DNA of 64,000 bases, from the NCBI RefSeq assembly GCF_006345805.1, contig NC_043018.1, positions 16,740,001-16,804,000 of the forward strand. Direction: 5' to 3'. The position numbers and the translations under genes were made by a program. Positions 13,948-25,615 of this stretch are shown piece by piece. Source of the DNA: Octopus sinensis. Lineage: Eukaryota. A model generated the notes under the pieces. The model saw only the letters and a program-made list of their open reading frames with translations, was not told the origin of the DNA and did not search any database. Each line of letters opens with the position of its first letter. Position 1 is the first letter of the stretch.

Positions 13948-15361
13948 CTCACATATGCACACACACTGTGTATTAACTATTTCATGTGTGTATGTATGCA
14001 CATATATACGCATGCATATACACACGTTGTCGCTATATCACAATTTCACATTGAAGTTCATTCATGTTTTTTACACCTATATAGTGTGTGTACATAGAAT
14101 GTGTGTGTGTGTGTTGTGTGTGTGTGTGTATACACATATATATATATATACACACTATATGTATGTATGTATATAAATATAGATATTGAGGCACACACAC
14201 AAAAATATTTAAATATATGACACACATAGATAAATGTGCATATATAGATGCATTTATGCACACATGCATATATACATCTCAGTGTATACTAAATTGCATA
14301 AAAAACATTCATCTAAAACACATACCTGTATGTGTGTGTGTATGAGAGAGAGGGTAATAGTTTGGAGCAGATGCAGATATGAACATATTTTAAATCGTGG
14401 CAAACATTAGAATTGAAATATTCTATCCACTCTGGGCAGAGTAGATAGATATATTTATTGTACCAACATTGGCTTTTAAGTGGTCATATTATATTGTGGT
14501 ATTATTTTGATGGAAATTGCATCATGTGTATGTTTGTGGCCTGCTGATCAGTGTGAGAATTAGGTGATTGGTAAATGTGCCAGAGAAATAGTCAAGAACT
14601 TCTGAACTAAGTCATTCAGCAGATGTCAACTTCCTGAAATAACTGGGCTTTTGGTGGCTTACACAGAGTGAAATAGATGTGGAAGGCTATCAAGAGTGTA
14701 TGTGTGTGGTGTGTACACACACACACATACATACATACATATATACATTTATTATGTATATACAAATTGGTGAGAATCGTAGCAGCAACTAGTGTTTGCG
14801 TGCATGCAGCCCCAGTAGCATCAACTGCAGCAATAATGCATAACAACAACAACAACAACAACAACAACAATAAGAAGAAGGCATTGTTTTAAAAGAAGGT
14901 GCTGTTTAGATACAGGTGTTATGGCTGTAGTGGCGTGTTGGACGTTGTGGAGCAGGGGGGAGTGTACCGCAGACCAGAAAAATAAGGGGCACTCTTGACT
15001 GCGATTGGAAAGGGGGAAAAATGATACATTTCAAAACAAAGCATAAAAAAAACCTTTTGTAGAATTTAAATATTTCCTTTTAATATATTTTTTCCTTTTC
15101 TTTTCCTGTTTATCATTTTTTTGTATTATTTTCATATTTTTTTTCAATATTTATCGTTTCATTTAACAACAATTCAAAACACAAAATAAACAGAAATATA
15201 ACAAATATTATATATATATATATATACTCTCTGTAACAGTAGTAGTTTTTTGTTATTTTCTATATATATGTAAATATATATACGTGGGTGTATATATATA
15301 TTTGCTTTTTTATCTATTTTTGTTGTTTATATTTTTCCATTCTTAGCATGTATGTATGCGA

Positions 15362-15394
<33 letters not shown>

Positions 15395-15570
15395 CTCACA
15401 TATGCACACACACTGTGTATTAACTATTTCATGTGTGTATGTATGCACATATATACGCATGCATATACACACGTTGTCGCTATATCACAATTTCACATTG
15501 AAGTTCATTCATGTTTTTTACACCTATATAGTGTGTGTACATAGAATGTGTGTGTGTGTGTGTGTGTATG
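10909..15570. repeat. Tandem array of ~1.45-1.5-kb units (3 full plus a partial), 3' of the PKA-R gene
   Basis: Anchor GAGGCACACACAC at 11246, 12751 and 14188; anchor GGGTGTAT at 12336, 13842 and 15286. Confidence 0.95.
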
Positions 15571-15767
15571 CATGTAAATATTGTGTGCATATGGAAGCTT
15601 TTGGGTGTGTGAGGTGTTTGTGTGTGTGTGTAAAATGCTTTTATTAAATACATCACTTGAAATAATATATCACATAGACGGACGTGTGCATGTGTGTATG
15701 TGTTGTAAATATGTGCTCACAGACGCACAACTATACATAATTATATATATTGTATGTGTGTGTGTGC

Positions 15768-15832
<65 letters not shown>

Positions 15833-16010
15833 TCACATATAATTACATATATTGGAAAACTCACATGAAACATTGTATTGTGTACAGGTATGCAATCTAT
15901 ACATCGTGTTTGAGTGTGTGTGTGTGTGTGTATATATATATTTATATATACTTACATGTGTATAAATATATGCAATGCATGTGTGTGTGTGTATATATGA
16001 ATCGTACATA

Positions 16011-17129
16011 TCACTTCGTCTGTTCCGTGTACTGTTTATAAAGTTCGCTATTTCTTTTCATGATATCCAAACACGACCCTAACAACCGTTCAAAAGAGTC
16101 TCTTTGTAAAAATGCCACCTGTATGTCACCAACTGCGTATACGTTGGCTGACCGTGGTTTATTCTCTATAAGTGCCAGTTCTCCGAAATACGATCCCTTG
16201 CACAATCGACCCACCTCCTCCACTTCTCCTTCAGGGTCGTCTGGTTTATGGGAAATGGTGACCCTTATCTCACCCCTTTCCACAAAATACATACCGTCAG
16301 CTCCGTCCCCCTGCTTGATGATCTGGGTTTGGTCTGAGTAGTTTTGCGAGACCAGGGCATCGGCCAAACTCATTCTTTCGTACTGGTCGAGCGATTTCAA
16401 AATGGGTACATTTTCCAGGAATTCCTCGTACATTTTGCGTTTATTGCAGGCTCTTTTCAGAACGATTCGCCGAAATGAATTTCGGTCCATCGCCCATAAC
16501 GTGCCCTCATCCGACACAGCAGTAACGGTCGCCGAACGTGGCTTGTTATACAAAAGTGCTAACTCACCGAAGCTGCCCGTATCTACGAACTGGTGGACTT
16601 TCCTGGTAGTTCCGTTAGTTTCCACAAACACATCGTAAATTCCGCTGTCTATCACATAAAAATTATCTCCATCGTCTCCCTGGGTGATCACTTCTTCCCC
16701 AGCATTCACCTTTTTCCCGAACATCGCATCAAGAACTTCCTGCATTTGGTCAGAATCCAAAGATCGGAATATCAAAATGCCGCTAACGGCTTCTGTCAGA
16801 CGCCGACGTTGTTCGTCCGTTTTCGGGTGGACGACTTTCTCATCATCGTCATCTTCTTCAGGGTCATACTTTTCGCCTGAAATAGAAATCCGACGTTCGT
16901 AACGATTCGAGATGTTCGTTTTAGGCTTCATCGATGAAGGTTCTGGTTCTCCAGCTTCGCACTCATCCACCACGATGTACATGGGGACCGTTTTAGGTTT
17001 CCGATTTTCTCGCACCCTCGTGAAATAGTCTATTGCGAAGTCGTAGATGTCAGCCGGCCTCTCTCGTAGAACTGCTACAGTGAAATCTCTCAACATATCA
17101 CCAAGACCCTCCGGGATTTCAAAGCTCAT
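16011..17129 (-). CDS. PRKAR2: cAMP-dependent protein kinase (PKA) type II regulatory subunit, single exon, 372 aa
   Basis: RIIa-type dimerisation/docking domain (FEIPEGLGDMLRDFTVAVLRERPADIYDFAIDYF). Substrate-type inhibitor site RRIS (Ser82). Two cNMP-binding domains with phosphate-binding cassettes FGELALLYNKPRSAT and YFGELALIENKPRSAN. RII-like C-terminus FERLLGSCLDIMKRN. Uninterrupted ATG-to-TGA ORF. The symbol denotes the RII class, not 1:1 orthology. Confidence 0.95.
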   Translation of the reverse strand: MSFEIPEGLGDMLRDFTVAVLRERPADIYDFAIDYFTRVRENRKPKTVPMYIVVDECEAGEPEPSSMKPKTNISNRYERRISISGEKYDPEEDDDDEKVVHPKTDEQRRRLTEAVSGILIFRSLDSDQMQEVLDAMFGKKVNAGEEVITQGDDGDNFYVIDSGIYDVFVETNGTTRKVHQFVDTGSFGELALLYNKPRSATVTAVSDEGTLWAMDRNSFRRIVLKRACNKRKMYEEFLENVPILKSLDQYERMSLADALVSQNYSDQTQIIKQGDGADGMYFVERGEIRVTISHKPDDPEGEVEEVGRLCKGSYFGELALIENKPRSANVYAVGDIQVAFLQRDSFERLLGSCLDIMKRNSELYKQYTEQTK

Positions 17130-20100
17130 GACTTTTGTTTTGTGGTTGTTTTTTTTGTTGGAGGAAAAAATTTATTTTCTATCGAACAAAAAAATTATAT
17201 TTTTTATGTATTTGTGAAAGTGAGAACAGAACAAAAAAAAATGAATATTCTTCGAAATTTTTTTTTCTCTCAAAAAATACCCGATTCTCTATAATTATAA
17301 TTATAATAATTATGATAATCTTTTCGTTTTTGTTGTTGAATATTATGGATATTATAATAATGATATTTGTTGTTGGTGGTGGTGGTGGTGATTGCAGTAA
17401 TAATGGTAATAGTAGCACTAGTGGTAGTAGTAAATTGCAGTGGTGAAAATGGTTGGAATGATAATAGTGTTGGTGGTGGTTGTAAGATTTAGTGTAGTGT
17501 TTGATTGTAATAGTAGTAGTAGTTGTTGTTGTTGTTGTTATAGTCGTAGTGGATAGCAAGAAAATGTATTTTGTAGCTATGTTATATACTACTATTACTA
17601 ATAATAATAGTTTTCGTTGTTAATTTTAAGCTGATGTTGGTGATGATGATGATGATTGTAAAGTTGTGTAAGTTGTTAGGCTGTAATTAATTTGTGATTA
17701 ATCCAAAAAGTAAAGAGAACGTGCCTTGTATATTACTGGTATACATTTATACACCCATGTGTGTGTCGATGTATATAATATCAGTGCATAGAGTACTCCC
17801 GTGTTAGCATCTCCACAACTTTAAGGTAAGAACTTTTCCACAAAACGTTTCTAAAACTGTTTGGAAACGGAGCTTCCTCATCAGCCTCCTCCACTTTGGT
17901 TCGACTTCTTCGCCATATACAGTTATTGTTGGTTCCACTGTTTGTTTGTTTTTCCCTTTTTTTTTTTTTTGGTTCTTTTTGCTGGAGTTTCTGTTTTCTT
18001 TCCGCCAACCGAGTAATAATATATATTGCAACCGTAACAACAAAAATAAGTTTTCTTCCGAAAAGGTATATAATTAAATAATTAAGCAGAAAAAAAAAAA
18101 ACAGGAACAAAACGAAAAATGTAATAAACGAAAAAAAAAAATGAAGATAAGATAAACGGAAGAGGGGGGAGAAAAAGCCCCACGAACTTGTCTCTTCGAC
18201 AAACGTGTGTATTATATTAGAATAACGGTGGTTCCTGCTTGTCACCGCTGCTGCTGCTGCTGCCACTGCTGCTGCTGCTGTTGCTTGTCAGTATTGTTAT
18301 TGTTAGTAGTAGTAGTAGTAGTAGCAGTGGTAGTGGTTAAAGCAGTCGAAGTCACTGTAGTAGTCAATGTTGTTGTCGTCGTCACTGGAGGAATTATGTT
18401 CTTGCAGTTGTCGTCGTTGTTGTTGTTGATGTTGTTGGCATTTAACTGATTATTCCTGTTGTTGTTGTTGTTGCTGTTGTACTTTCTTCCACTCAACTTG
18501 TTCCTTCTAAAAGCAAAATTCCTTCTTTTCGTTTTAAAATCTCCTTCTTTTTTCCTTCCCTTCCTTTCTCATTCATCAAACTCTTCTTTTTTCCCTTCTT
18601 TCATTCCTAATTCATTCTATCGCTCTCCTTCTTTTCTCATTCTTTCTTCATTCCTTCCTCCTTTATCTTTTCTTATTCCTTTCCTGATTTTCTTTCCCCT
18701 TTCTTTCTCCAGTCACTCCGTGAAACATATTATTACATATAACATTTCTTAAAACTTGTTTCTCTCATATCCTCCTCTTTCGCGCACCTTGCCTTCTTTT
18801 TTATATGTGTGTATATATGTCACTCTTTTCTCCTCCTCCTCTAGTCCAACTTTCGCGTGTGTTTGTTTGTTGGACAAAAACTTAAATCCAAGCAATCAGA
18901 CTCCGCAGGATGGATCGATTCTAAGGGAATCCGACCAAATATTTCTCTCAAAACTCAGGTTTTTCCATGCTGTTTTTCCACCATTTAGTTTCGTCTCTTT
19001 TTTTCCCCCTTCTTTTTCTTCACATTCTACTCTCACTTTCTAGCTCTCCCTCTCACTTTCTAGCTCTTCCTCTCTCTCTCGTTCTCTCTCACTCGACAGC
19101 AGCTTGATTAAAATGTCTATTTATCTGCCGCGTGTGTATGAGATTAAACTGGGAAACTGTGAATGAAAGAGCGGCGGCGAACGACTATGAAAGAAAGTAT
19201 TACAATGAAGGAGAAAAAAGTGTGTGAAGAACTTCGATGTGTGTGTGTTCACATTCTCTCTCCCCCTCTCTTTTGCTCTCCACAAACACAAAGACAAACT
19301 GGTCTATACACCTACCTGGGGAAATGTGTGTTTAATTGGTACACGTCACATAACTATACACCCATGCACATAATACACATACAAAGCTGCAGTTAAAGGT
19401 GGAGTTTTTTTTCTTTTTCTGTGTTACTACCTTGACGACCACAGTTGTCCGTCATTTAAAGTTGTGCGATGTGAGAAGAAATTCAAATCCTTGCCTCGAA
19501 AAGTGCCAACGAGAGAGCAGTTTCTATATATGCAGATATACACACATTGCACACACACACATATATACGTATAAGGGTATAAGGTAAACATATATACATG
19601 TATACACATATATATTAAATATATGTCATATATATTTTATACATGTGTGTGTCGCTTTGCTCTACAACATGCGCGCGCTTCTCAGAGCTAAGCAGTCAAA
19701 CGGTCTCTCTCGTTCCGTTGCCATCCCTTGCTATTCATCCGCCTCTTTTCTGTGCTCTACACACCATCTGATATATATATACTGCTGGATGTATGGTGCT
19801 ATAATGGATATCGCTTATTATAATCATAGGTAATGCAATCAGCTATTGCTTATTGTTATCAAAATGAGTGGGTCCCAATACGCTTGCCTAATATATTGTT
19901 AATATCGTGTACTTAATGTTATCATCCGGTTATTGATGTAATAACGATATCAGACTAACTTTGCTGTTTGAAGAAGAGCAGAACGGATTACGGAAGTTTT
20001 CGACCCAGGAGGGGAATCATTATTATAACCTCTAAAAAGAAAATATACCAAATCACAGCAAAAACTTTCTGAATTTTCTAAATAACAGATTTTGCTGTTG

Positions 20101-20483
20101 TATGTCTATACGCATGTGTGTTTGTGGGTTTTAACGTACACATTTTTGTACATGCCTGTGTAGACTTATCTTCTCAACCTTTCGGGGTCGATAAAATAAA
20201 AGTTCCAGTTTTGTTGTCCCTGGAATGTAATCGACTTGCCCCTTTAAAGTTGCTGACCTTGTACCCTAGATTTAGAGATAACTATCTTTATTAGGCCGGG
20301 GAATTGATAAGAATCTAGAGAGATATTTTCCTTTCTGAGTTCAAATCCTGTCAAGTTTGCTTTCGTCATTCTGGGGAGGGTAGTCTTAAGGCATAAACAA
20401 ACAGGACATATGCCTTGGGTTGACACAGCACTAGGGGCTGGATCTATGTATTAAAAGACTGGGGCCCCCAGGGCATGGTTTGG

Positions 20484-20647
20484 TGAGTTCAAATTCCGCC
20501 GAGGTCGACTTTGCCTTTCATCCTTTCGGGGTCGATAAATTAAGTACCAGTTACGCACTGGGGTCGATGTAATCGACTTAATACCTATGTCTGCCCTTGT
20601 TTGTCCCCTCTGTGTTTAGCCCCTTGTGGGTAATAAAGAAATAGGTT
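20484..20647 (+). mobile_element. SINE family A, 5'-truncated
   Basis: Runs from the B-box to the GTGGGTAATAAAGAAATAGGT tail. Confidence 0.85.
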
Positions 20648-21108
20648 TATGATGTTGTTAAGACGGTTCTGTCTCTGGGGTCGATAAAACATCACCACCT
20701 GAAATTTCTGGTTTTGTACCTATATTAAACGTTATTATTAATGTACTAATTATAATGTTAATTAAAAAAAAACTAAAAGCTGAAGTGTTAGTAGCGTTAA
20801 AAGTGAGGAAGTGAAAAAGCGCGCGAGTGATGAGAGAAGGAAGAGGAGAAATGCAAGAGTGAAAGGTAGAGAGGAATAATGTGAGTGAGTGAGGAAATGA
20901 AGTGGAGGTTGTCTTTACTGAGTGCCAAGTGCTGAGAACAAGGAAAACCTTATTAACAGCATAGCAGCAGCTGTTATAGTTGTAATAATGGAAGTAGCAG
21001 TGGGAGTAGTTACAATAGTGAAGGTAGCTATAGTTATGGTAGGGGTCATGAGGTCGGTGTGAGAAATGTAGAGCGTTGTTGTTTAGCACCAGGTCAGCTG
21101 ATCAGGCG

Positions 21109-21607
21109 AGATCCAGTACAACTCACAACCACGCCAACCGTGACTCTCTCCTTTTGTTAAAATGCTAACTGAAACTAAAATTTATAGAACAGATTTTATA
21201 TGCTAGCGTTTTGCCTGCCAATCCCAGGTCAGATCCAGCCGTGACGATCACCTCTGATTTGGCTATCTACGAGCAGGCAGATCCAGTAGAACTCACAACC
21301 ACGCCAACCGTGACCCTCTCGTTTCGTTAACATGCTAACTGAAACTACATTTAGAGAACAGATTTTATATGCTAGCGTTTTGCCTGTCAATCCCAGGTCA
21401 GATCCAGCCGTGACGATCACCTCTGATTTGGCTATCTACGAGCAGGCAGATCCAGTAGAACTCACAACCACGCCAACCGTGACCCTCTCGTTTCGTTAAC
21501 ATGCTAACTGAAACTACATTTATAGAATAGATTTTATATGCTAACGTTTTGCCAATCCCAGGTCAGATCCAGCCGTGACGATCACCTCTGATTTGGCTAC
21601 CTACGAG
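21109..21607. repeat. ~170-bp tandem repeat, 3 copies
   Basis: ATCCAGTA(C/G)AACTCACAACC at 21111, 21281 and 21450. Confidence 0.95.
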
Positions 21608-21764
21608 ATTAACTGACGTGTCTTTTCTTTCCTTTTCTTTTTCTTTTTTTTTCTTTTCAACCCAGTGAGATAGTAGGATGTCGTTTCAAGAAGATTCGGC
21701 TATTGTTTCTAGCAGGTCGGACGACCATGTAGCACTCCCCTCAGTTGGCTCATGAAACTTCCTG

Positions 21765-21894
21765 GTAGTGGTAGTAGTAGTAGTAGTAGTAGTAATGGTA
21801 GTAGTAGTAGTAATAGTAGTAGTAGTAGTAATAGTAATAGTAGTAGTAGTAATGGTAGTAGTAGTAATTGTAGTAGTAATAGTAGTAGTAGTAA

Positions 21895-21929
<35 letters not shown>

Positions 21930-21960
21930 TAGTAGTTGTAGTAGTAGTAATTGTAGTGGT
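21765..21960. repeat. (TAG)n microsatellite
   Basis: Direct reading. Confidence 0.95.
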
Positions 21961-22480
21961 GGTGGTAATTTTCTTATGCGTGACGCCTCACAGTTTGCTG
22001 GCAAAATGCGTAACGAGAACAACAACAGCAAGAACAATAATCCATTTTTCTGTAGACAGAAAGGCCTGGAACTTTCGAGAGAGTGGGTGGTGAGTAGTTT
22101 TGCATCGACGCCGCCTAGGGGCCCAAAGTCGACTTTGGCGGAATTTGAACGTTTGAACGTTTTACCCCTTACGTGCAAAATACAAAAACGATTCTGCCAG
22201 CACCCCCCCCCCAACCCGCCCTAAAGAAAAAAAAAACAAAAAAGAAACATAAAAAAAAATAACACAAATAAACGGTTTGTTAGTATGTTCAATGTCCAAT
22301 GTACCCCACCACCGCCGCCGCCGCCGCCACCGCCACACCAACTAGCGCTGCTGTTATATGTATTGCCCTGTTGCTAATACGAAAAGCGCTGAAGGCGGCA
22401 GCAGCGGCCACAACGCTTACTCGTTTGTCATGTTTAACGCTTTGAATTTGTAGGGAAGACTGGCAACGTGCATATATCGT

Positions 22481-22710
22481 GCTGGCAGACTCGTTAGCGC
22501 GCCGGGCGAAATGGCTTAGCGGTATTTCGTCTGTCGTTACGTTCTGAATTCAAATTCCGCCGAGGTCGACTTTACCTTTCATCCTTTCGGGGTCGATAAA
22601 TAAAGTACCAGTTTCGCACTGGGTGGGGGGTCGATGTAATCGACTTAATCCCTTTGTCTGTCCTTGTTTGTCCCCTCTATGTTTAGCCCCTTGTGGGCAG
22701 TAAAGAAATA
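22481..22710 (+). mobile_element. SINE family A
   Basis: Near full-length match to the other copies. Confidence 0.85.
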
Positions 22711-22758
22711 TATATATATAATATATATAATATATATATATATATAATATATATATCT

Positions 22759-23153
22759 AGGCGCAGGAGTGGCTGTGTGGTAAGTAGCTTGTTTACCAAC
22801 CACATGGTTCCGGGTTCAGTCCCACTGCGTGGCACCTTGGGCAAGTGTCTTCTACTATAGCCTCGAGCCGACCAATGTCTTGTGAGTGGATTTGGTAGAC
22901 GGAAACTGAAAGAAGCCCGTCGTATATATGTATATACATATATATATGTGTGTGTCTGTGTCTGTGTTTGTCTCCTTAGCATTGCTTGACAACCGATGCT
23001 GGTGTGTTTACGTCCCCGTCACTTAGCGGTTCGGCAAGAAGAGACTGATAGAATAAGTACTGGGCTTACAAACAATAAGTCCCGGGGTCGATTTGCTCGA
23101 CTAAAGGCGGTGCTCCAGCATGGCCGCAGTCAAATGACTGAAACAAGTAAAAG
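22759..23153 (+). mobile_element. SINE family B
   Basis: Full length. Confidence 0.9.
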
Positions 23154-23192
23154 AAAAAAAAAGAAAAGAAAAAAAAATATATCTATATATCT

Positions 23193-23404
23193 AAAATGTG
23201 ACCGTGTGTGTACCGTTGGCGATTTTTTCCCTCTGACTTCCCTTCTCTGGATCTTTCCTTCTCCTATGTTTCCGACGAAGAGCTCCGCTCGAAACGTTAA
23301 ACTCTCCTTCTTCCCTTCTTTCCTGAGCATCCAATAATACTTTATTTGTTCCACGTCCTCGCGTTGCTGTGTTTTTTGTGTGTTTTCTTGTTTGGATTAA
23401 CTTT
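23193..23404 (+). mobile_element. (TA)n-embedded hammerhead-bearing element
   Basis: TA tracts at both ends; hammerhead-like motif at 23268-23302. Confidence 0.55.
23268..23302 (+). ncRNA. Minimal hammerhead-like motif (U4C core variant)
   Basis: GTTT-CCGACGA-A-GAGC-TCC-GCTC-GAAAC-GT-T-AAAC. Stems I and II pair perfectly; loopless ACGT stem III. Confidence 0.55.
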
Positions 23405-23622
23405 ATATATATACATATATAGTTAGAGAGAGAGAGAGAGAGAATTCAATTTGAAAACTCCACCGGAATGAACGAAAGCGCTAATGCATGATATATGATA
23501 TAAGTTATATGATGTATAAAAACATGTAATATACAAATAAATATCTGTAAATATAAAACCATCCGAATTTCTGAGTACCTCATTTCTTCTAATATAAAAT
23601 ACCTGTACATCATCTCCAAACC

Positions 23623-23661
<39 letters not shown>

Positions 23662-23667
<6 letters not shown>

Positions 23668-23845
23668 AATAAAAGAATGGAGTCCATTCTTTTATTCATT
23701 TTAAATATTACACAAATTACCACACAAGAACACGGAGTTTCTACCCTTGGCATGTAGCTTCAACCGTGTTTTCTGACGTGAATTTGCTACCCAGGTATCG
23801 GTTAACCGAATTATCAATACTAGGATAATTCATTCACCTACTTAA
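23662..23845 (+). mobile_element. 5'-truncated copy of the 56.4-kb element with an inverted tail, in (TA)n
   Basis: Homologous to the reverse complement of 56412-56580. Begins with ~20-bp inverted arms centred at 23682. Confidence 0.65.
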
Positions 23846-23857
23846 ATATATATATTA

Positions 23858-23973
<116 letters not shown>

Positions 23974-24560
23974 CATGTATACATACATGCAGGCAGGCAT
24001 ACATTCATGTGTACGTGCGTATTCATACACACGCGCATACACATTCCAGCATTGTAGAGATTTGTATGTATATGATGTGTACCTGTGGAATCTATATGCG
24101 GCAGATGAGAAGAGAGAATGAGAGAGTTAAATATAATTACCGCTCTCTATGCACGTACTGGTTCAGATCAATACAGATAATTGATTGACATTGCATCGAT
24201 CATACAAATCCTTCAACAGGTGATTAACCCTATTGATGGTCTGGGAGGGTGGTGGTAGAGCAGTCAGTTATTTTTGCATCCCATTCCGTCCCAATCTCTA
24301 AATTGTTACTTTATTTTATCGATCTGAGTAAGCGGGAAAGATAAAGTCGCCATTTGAGCTCAGAAAGTAAAGGGAGGTAATTAATTTCGGAGGGATTTTG
24401 TAAGGCGCCTTAAAGAGTCTGCCGACCCTGCTTCCATAAAGAAATATGCGGCATGATCCACAGAGACGTGCGAGGGCGATGGTGGGGGTGTAGACATAAA
24501 AAACCCCATAAATATGTACTTATGTAATACATATAAATTAGCTAAAATATATGAAGATTA

Positions 24561-24843
24561 GTGGAGGCGCAATGGCCCTGTGGTTAGGGCAGCGGACTCG
24601 CGGTCGTAGGATAGCGGTATCGATTCCCAGACCGGGTGTTGTGAGTGTTTATTGAGCGAAAACACCTAGATCCCCACGAGGCTCCGGCAGTGGGTGGTGG
24701 TGATCCCTGTTGTACTTTTTCGCCACAACTTTCTCTGTTAGCCAGCGGGGGTGGCGTCATTGAAGGCTAAAACAATACGAAGCGCATTGTGACCAGCGAT
24801 GTGTAACAACATCTGATGGCCTGGTCGGTCACGTGATCACGTG
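24561..24843 (+). mobile_element. tRNA-derived SINE family C with TSD
   Basis: A-box TGGCCCTGTGG, B-box-like GTATCGATTCC, CACGTGAT-repeat tail. 12-bp TSD ATATGAAGATTA at 24549-24560 and 24844-24855. Confidence 0.85.
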
Positions 24844-25092
24844 ATATGAAGATTAACAATTGCACAAATTTTATTAATCAAAATAATTCGTATATGTAAA
24901 ACCTTAGCCATATATCAACAGGTTTGAGTCGACAACTCTGAACTAATGGAGGTCTGGAATATGCAACATGAATTGCACGTTCTTTCTCTCCTGGAAATTT
25001 TTGTTTAGCGTTTTGTTTCGTTGCAAAATGGTGACTTTATTTCAAGACAAACACAGAAGCACCGACGCTTGTAAGTATAAATACACACATAC

Positions 25093-25133
<41 letters not shown>

Positions 25134-25283
25134 ATTTATACACTAACTCGCCCATTTTTCGTACATGTATGTAGGATGTATGTATCTACTTTATATATGG
25201 TTATATATGGATATACACATTAGCATTCCGCTAAATCAGCCATGAATTTATATGGTAAATATATATATATATATATAGATATA

Positions 25284-25331
<48 letters not shown>

Positions 25332-25335
<4 letters not shown>

Positions 25336-25534
25336 GGAAAGTTTAAGAAAATAAACAAAAGTCGAAGGCAGGTGGAGTACAAACAAACAAATGTATTAGT
25401 ATAGCGCTCAGGAATAGAAAAAGTCTTTTACGTTTCGAGCCTACGCTCTTCGACAAAAAGATACACAGAAAAAAACAAGTAGAGAAACAAGGAGAGGAAA
25501 AAAATGCGTGTAGGAGCTAACGATCTATCATGGC
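25332..25534 (-). mobile_element. (TA)n-anchored hammerhead-bearing element, family H, copy 1
   Basis: Highly similar to 33157-33347. Both copies stop at the same ATCATGGC and abut (TA)n at the other end. Confidence 0.65.
25424..25461 (-). ncRNA. Minimal hammerhead-like motif (A6U family; this copy also C3U)
   Basis: Minus strand reads TCTTT-TTGTCGA-A-GAGC-GTAG-GCTC-GAAAC-GT-A-AAAGA. Confidence 0.4.
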
Positions 25535-25573
25535 AGACCGATTTAGCCAAAACTATCGAGTGATCGAGTTGTT

Positions 25574-25615
25574 ACTACTGACGAGTATACGACTGATAGA
25601 CGAAACTAGTCGAGT
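25574..25615 (+). ncRNA. Type I hammerhead ribozyme motif, slightly decayed
   Basis: ACTA-CTGACGA-GTATACGACTGATAGAC-GAAAC-TA-GTC-GAGT. Canonical core, palindromic ACTAGT stem III; mismatches in stems I and II. Confidence 0.6.

Noticed and set aside
17785-17831. Plus-strand mini-exon ending AAG|GTAAGA (possible host gene)
   Set aside because: Weak acceptor and no other exons found; isolated donor motifs occur by chance.
17862-17887. Minus-strand CTGATGA-GGA-AGC-TCC as a hammerhead
   Set aside because: Followed by GTTT rather than GAAA; no stem I or III.
18242-18496. Poly-N/T/Q ORF upstream of the RII gene
   Set aside because: Non-ATG start and trinucleotide-repeat origin; no domain.
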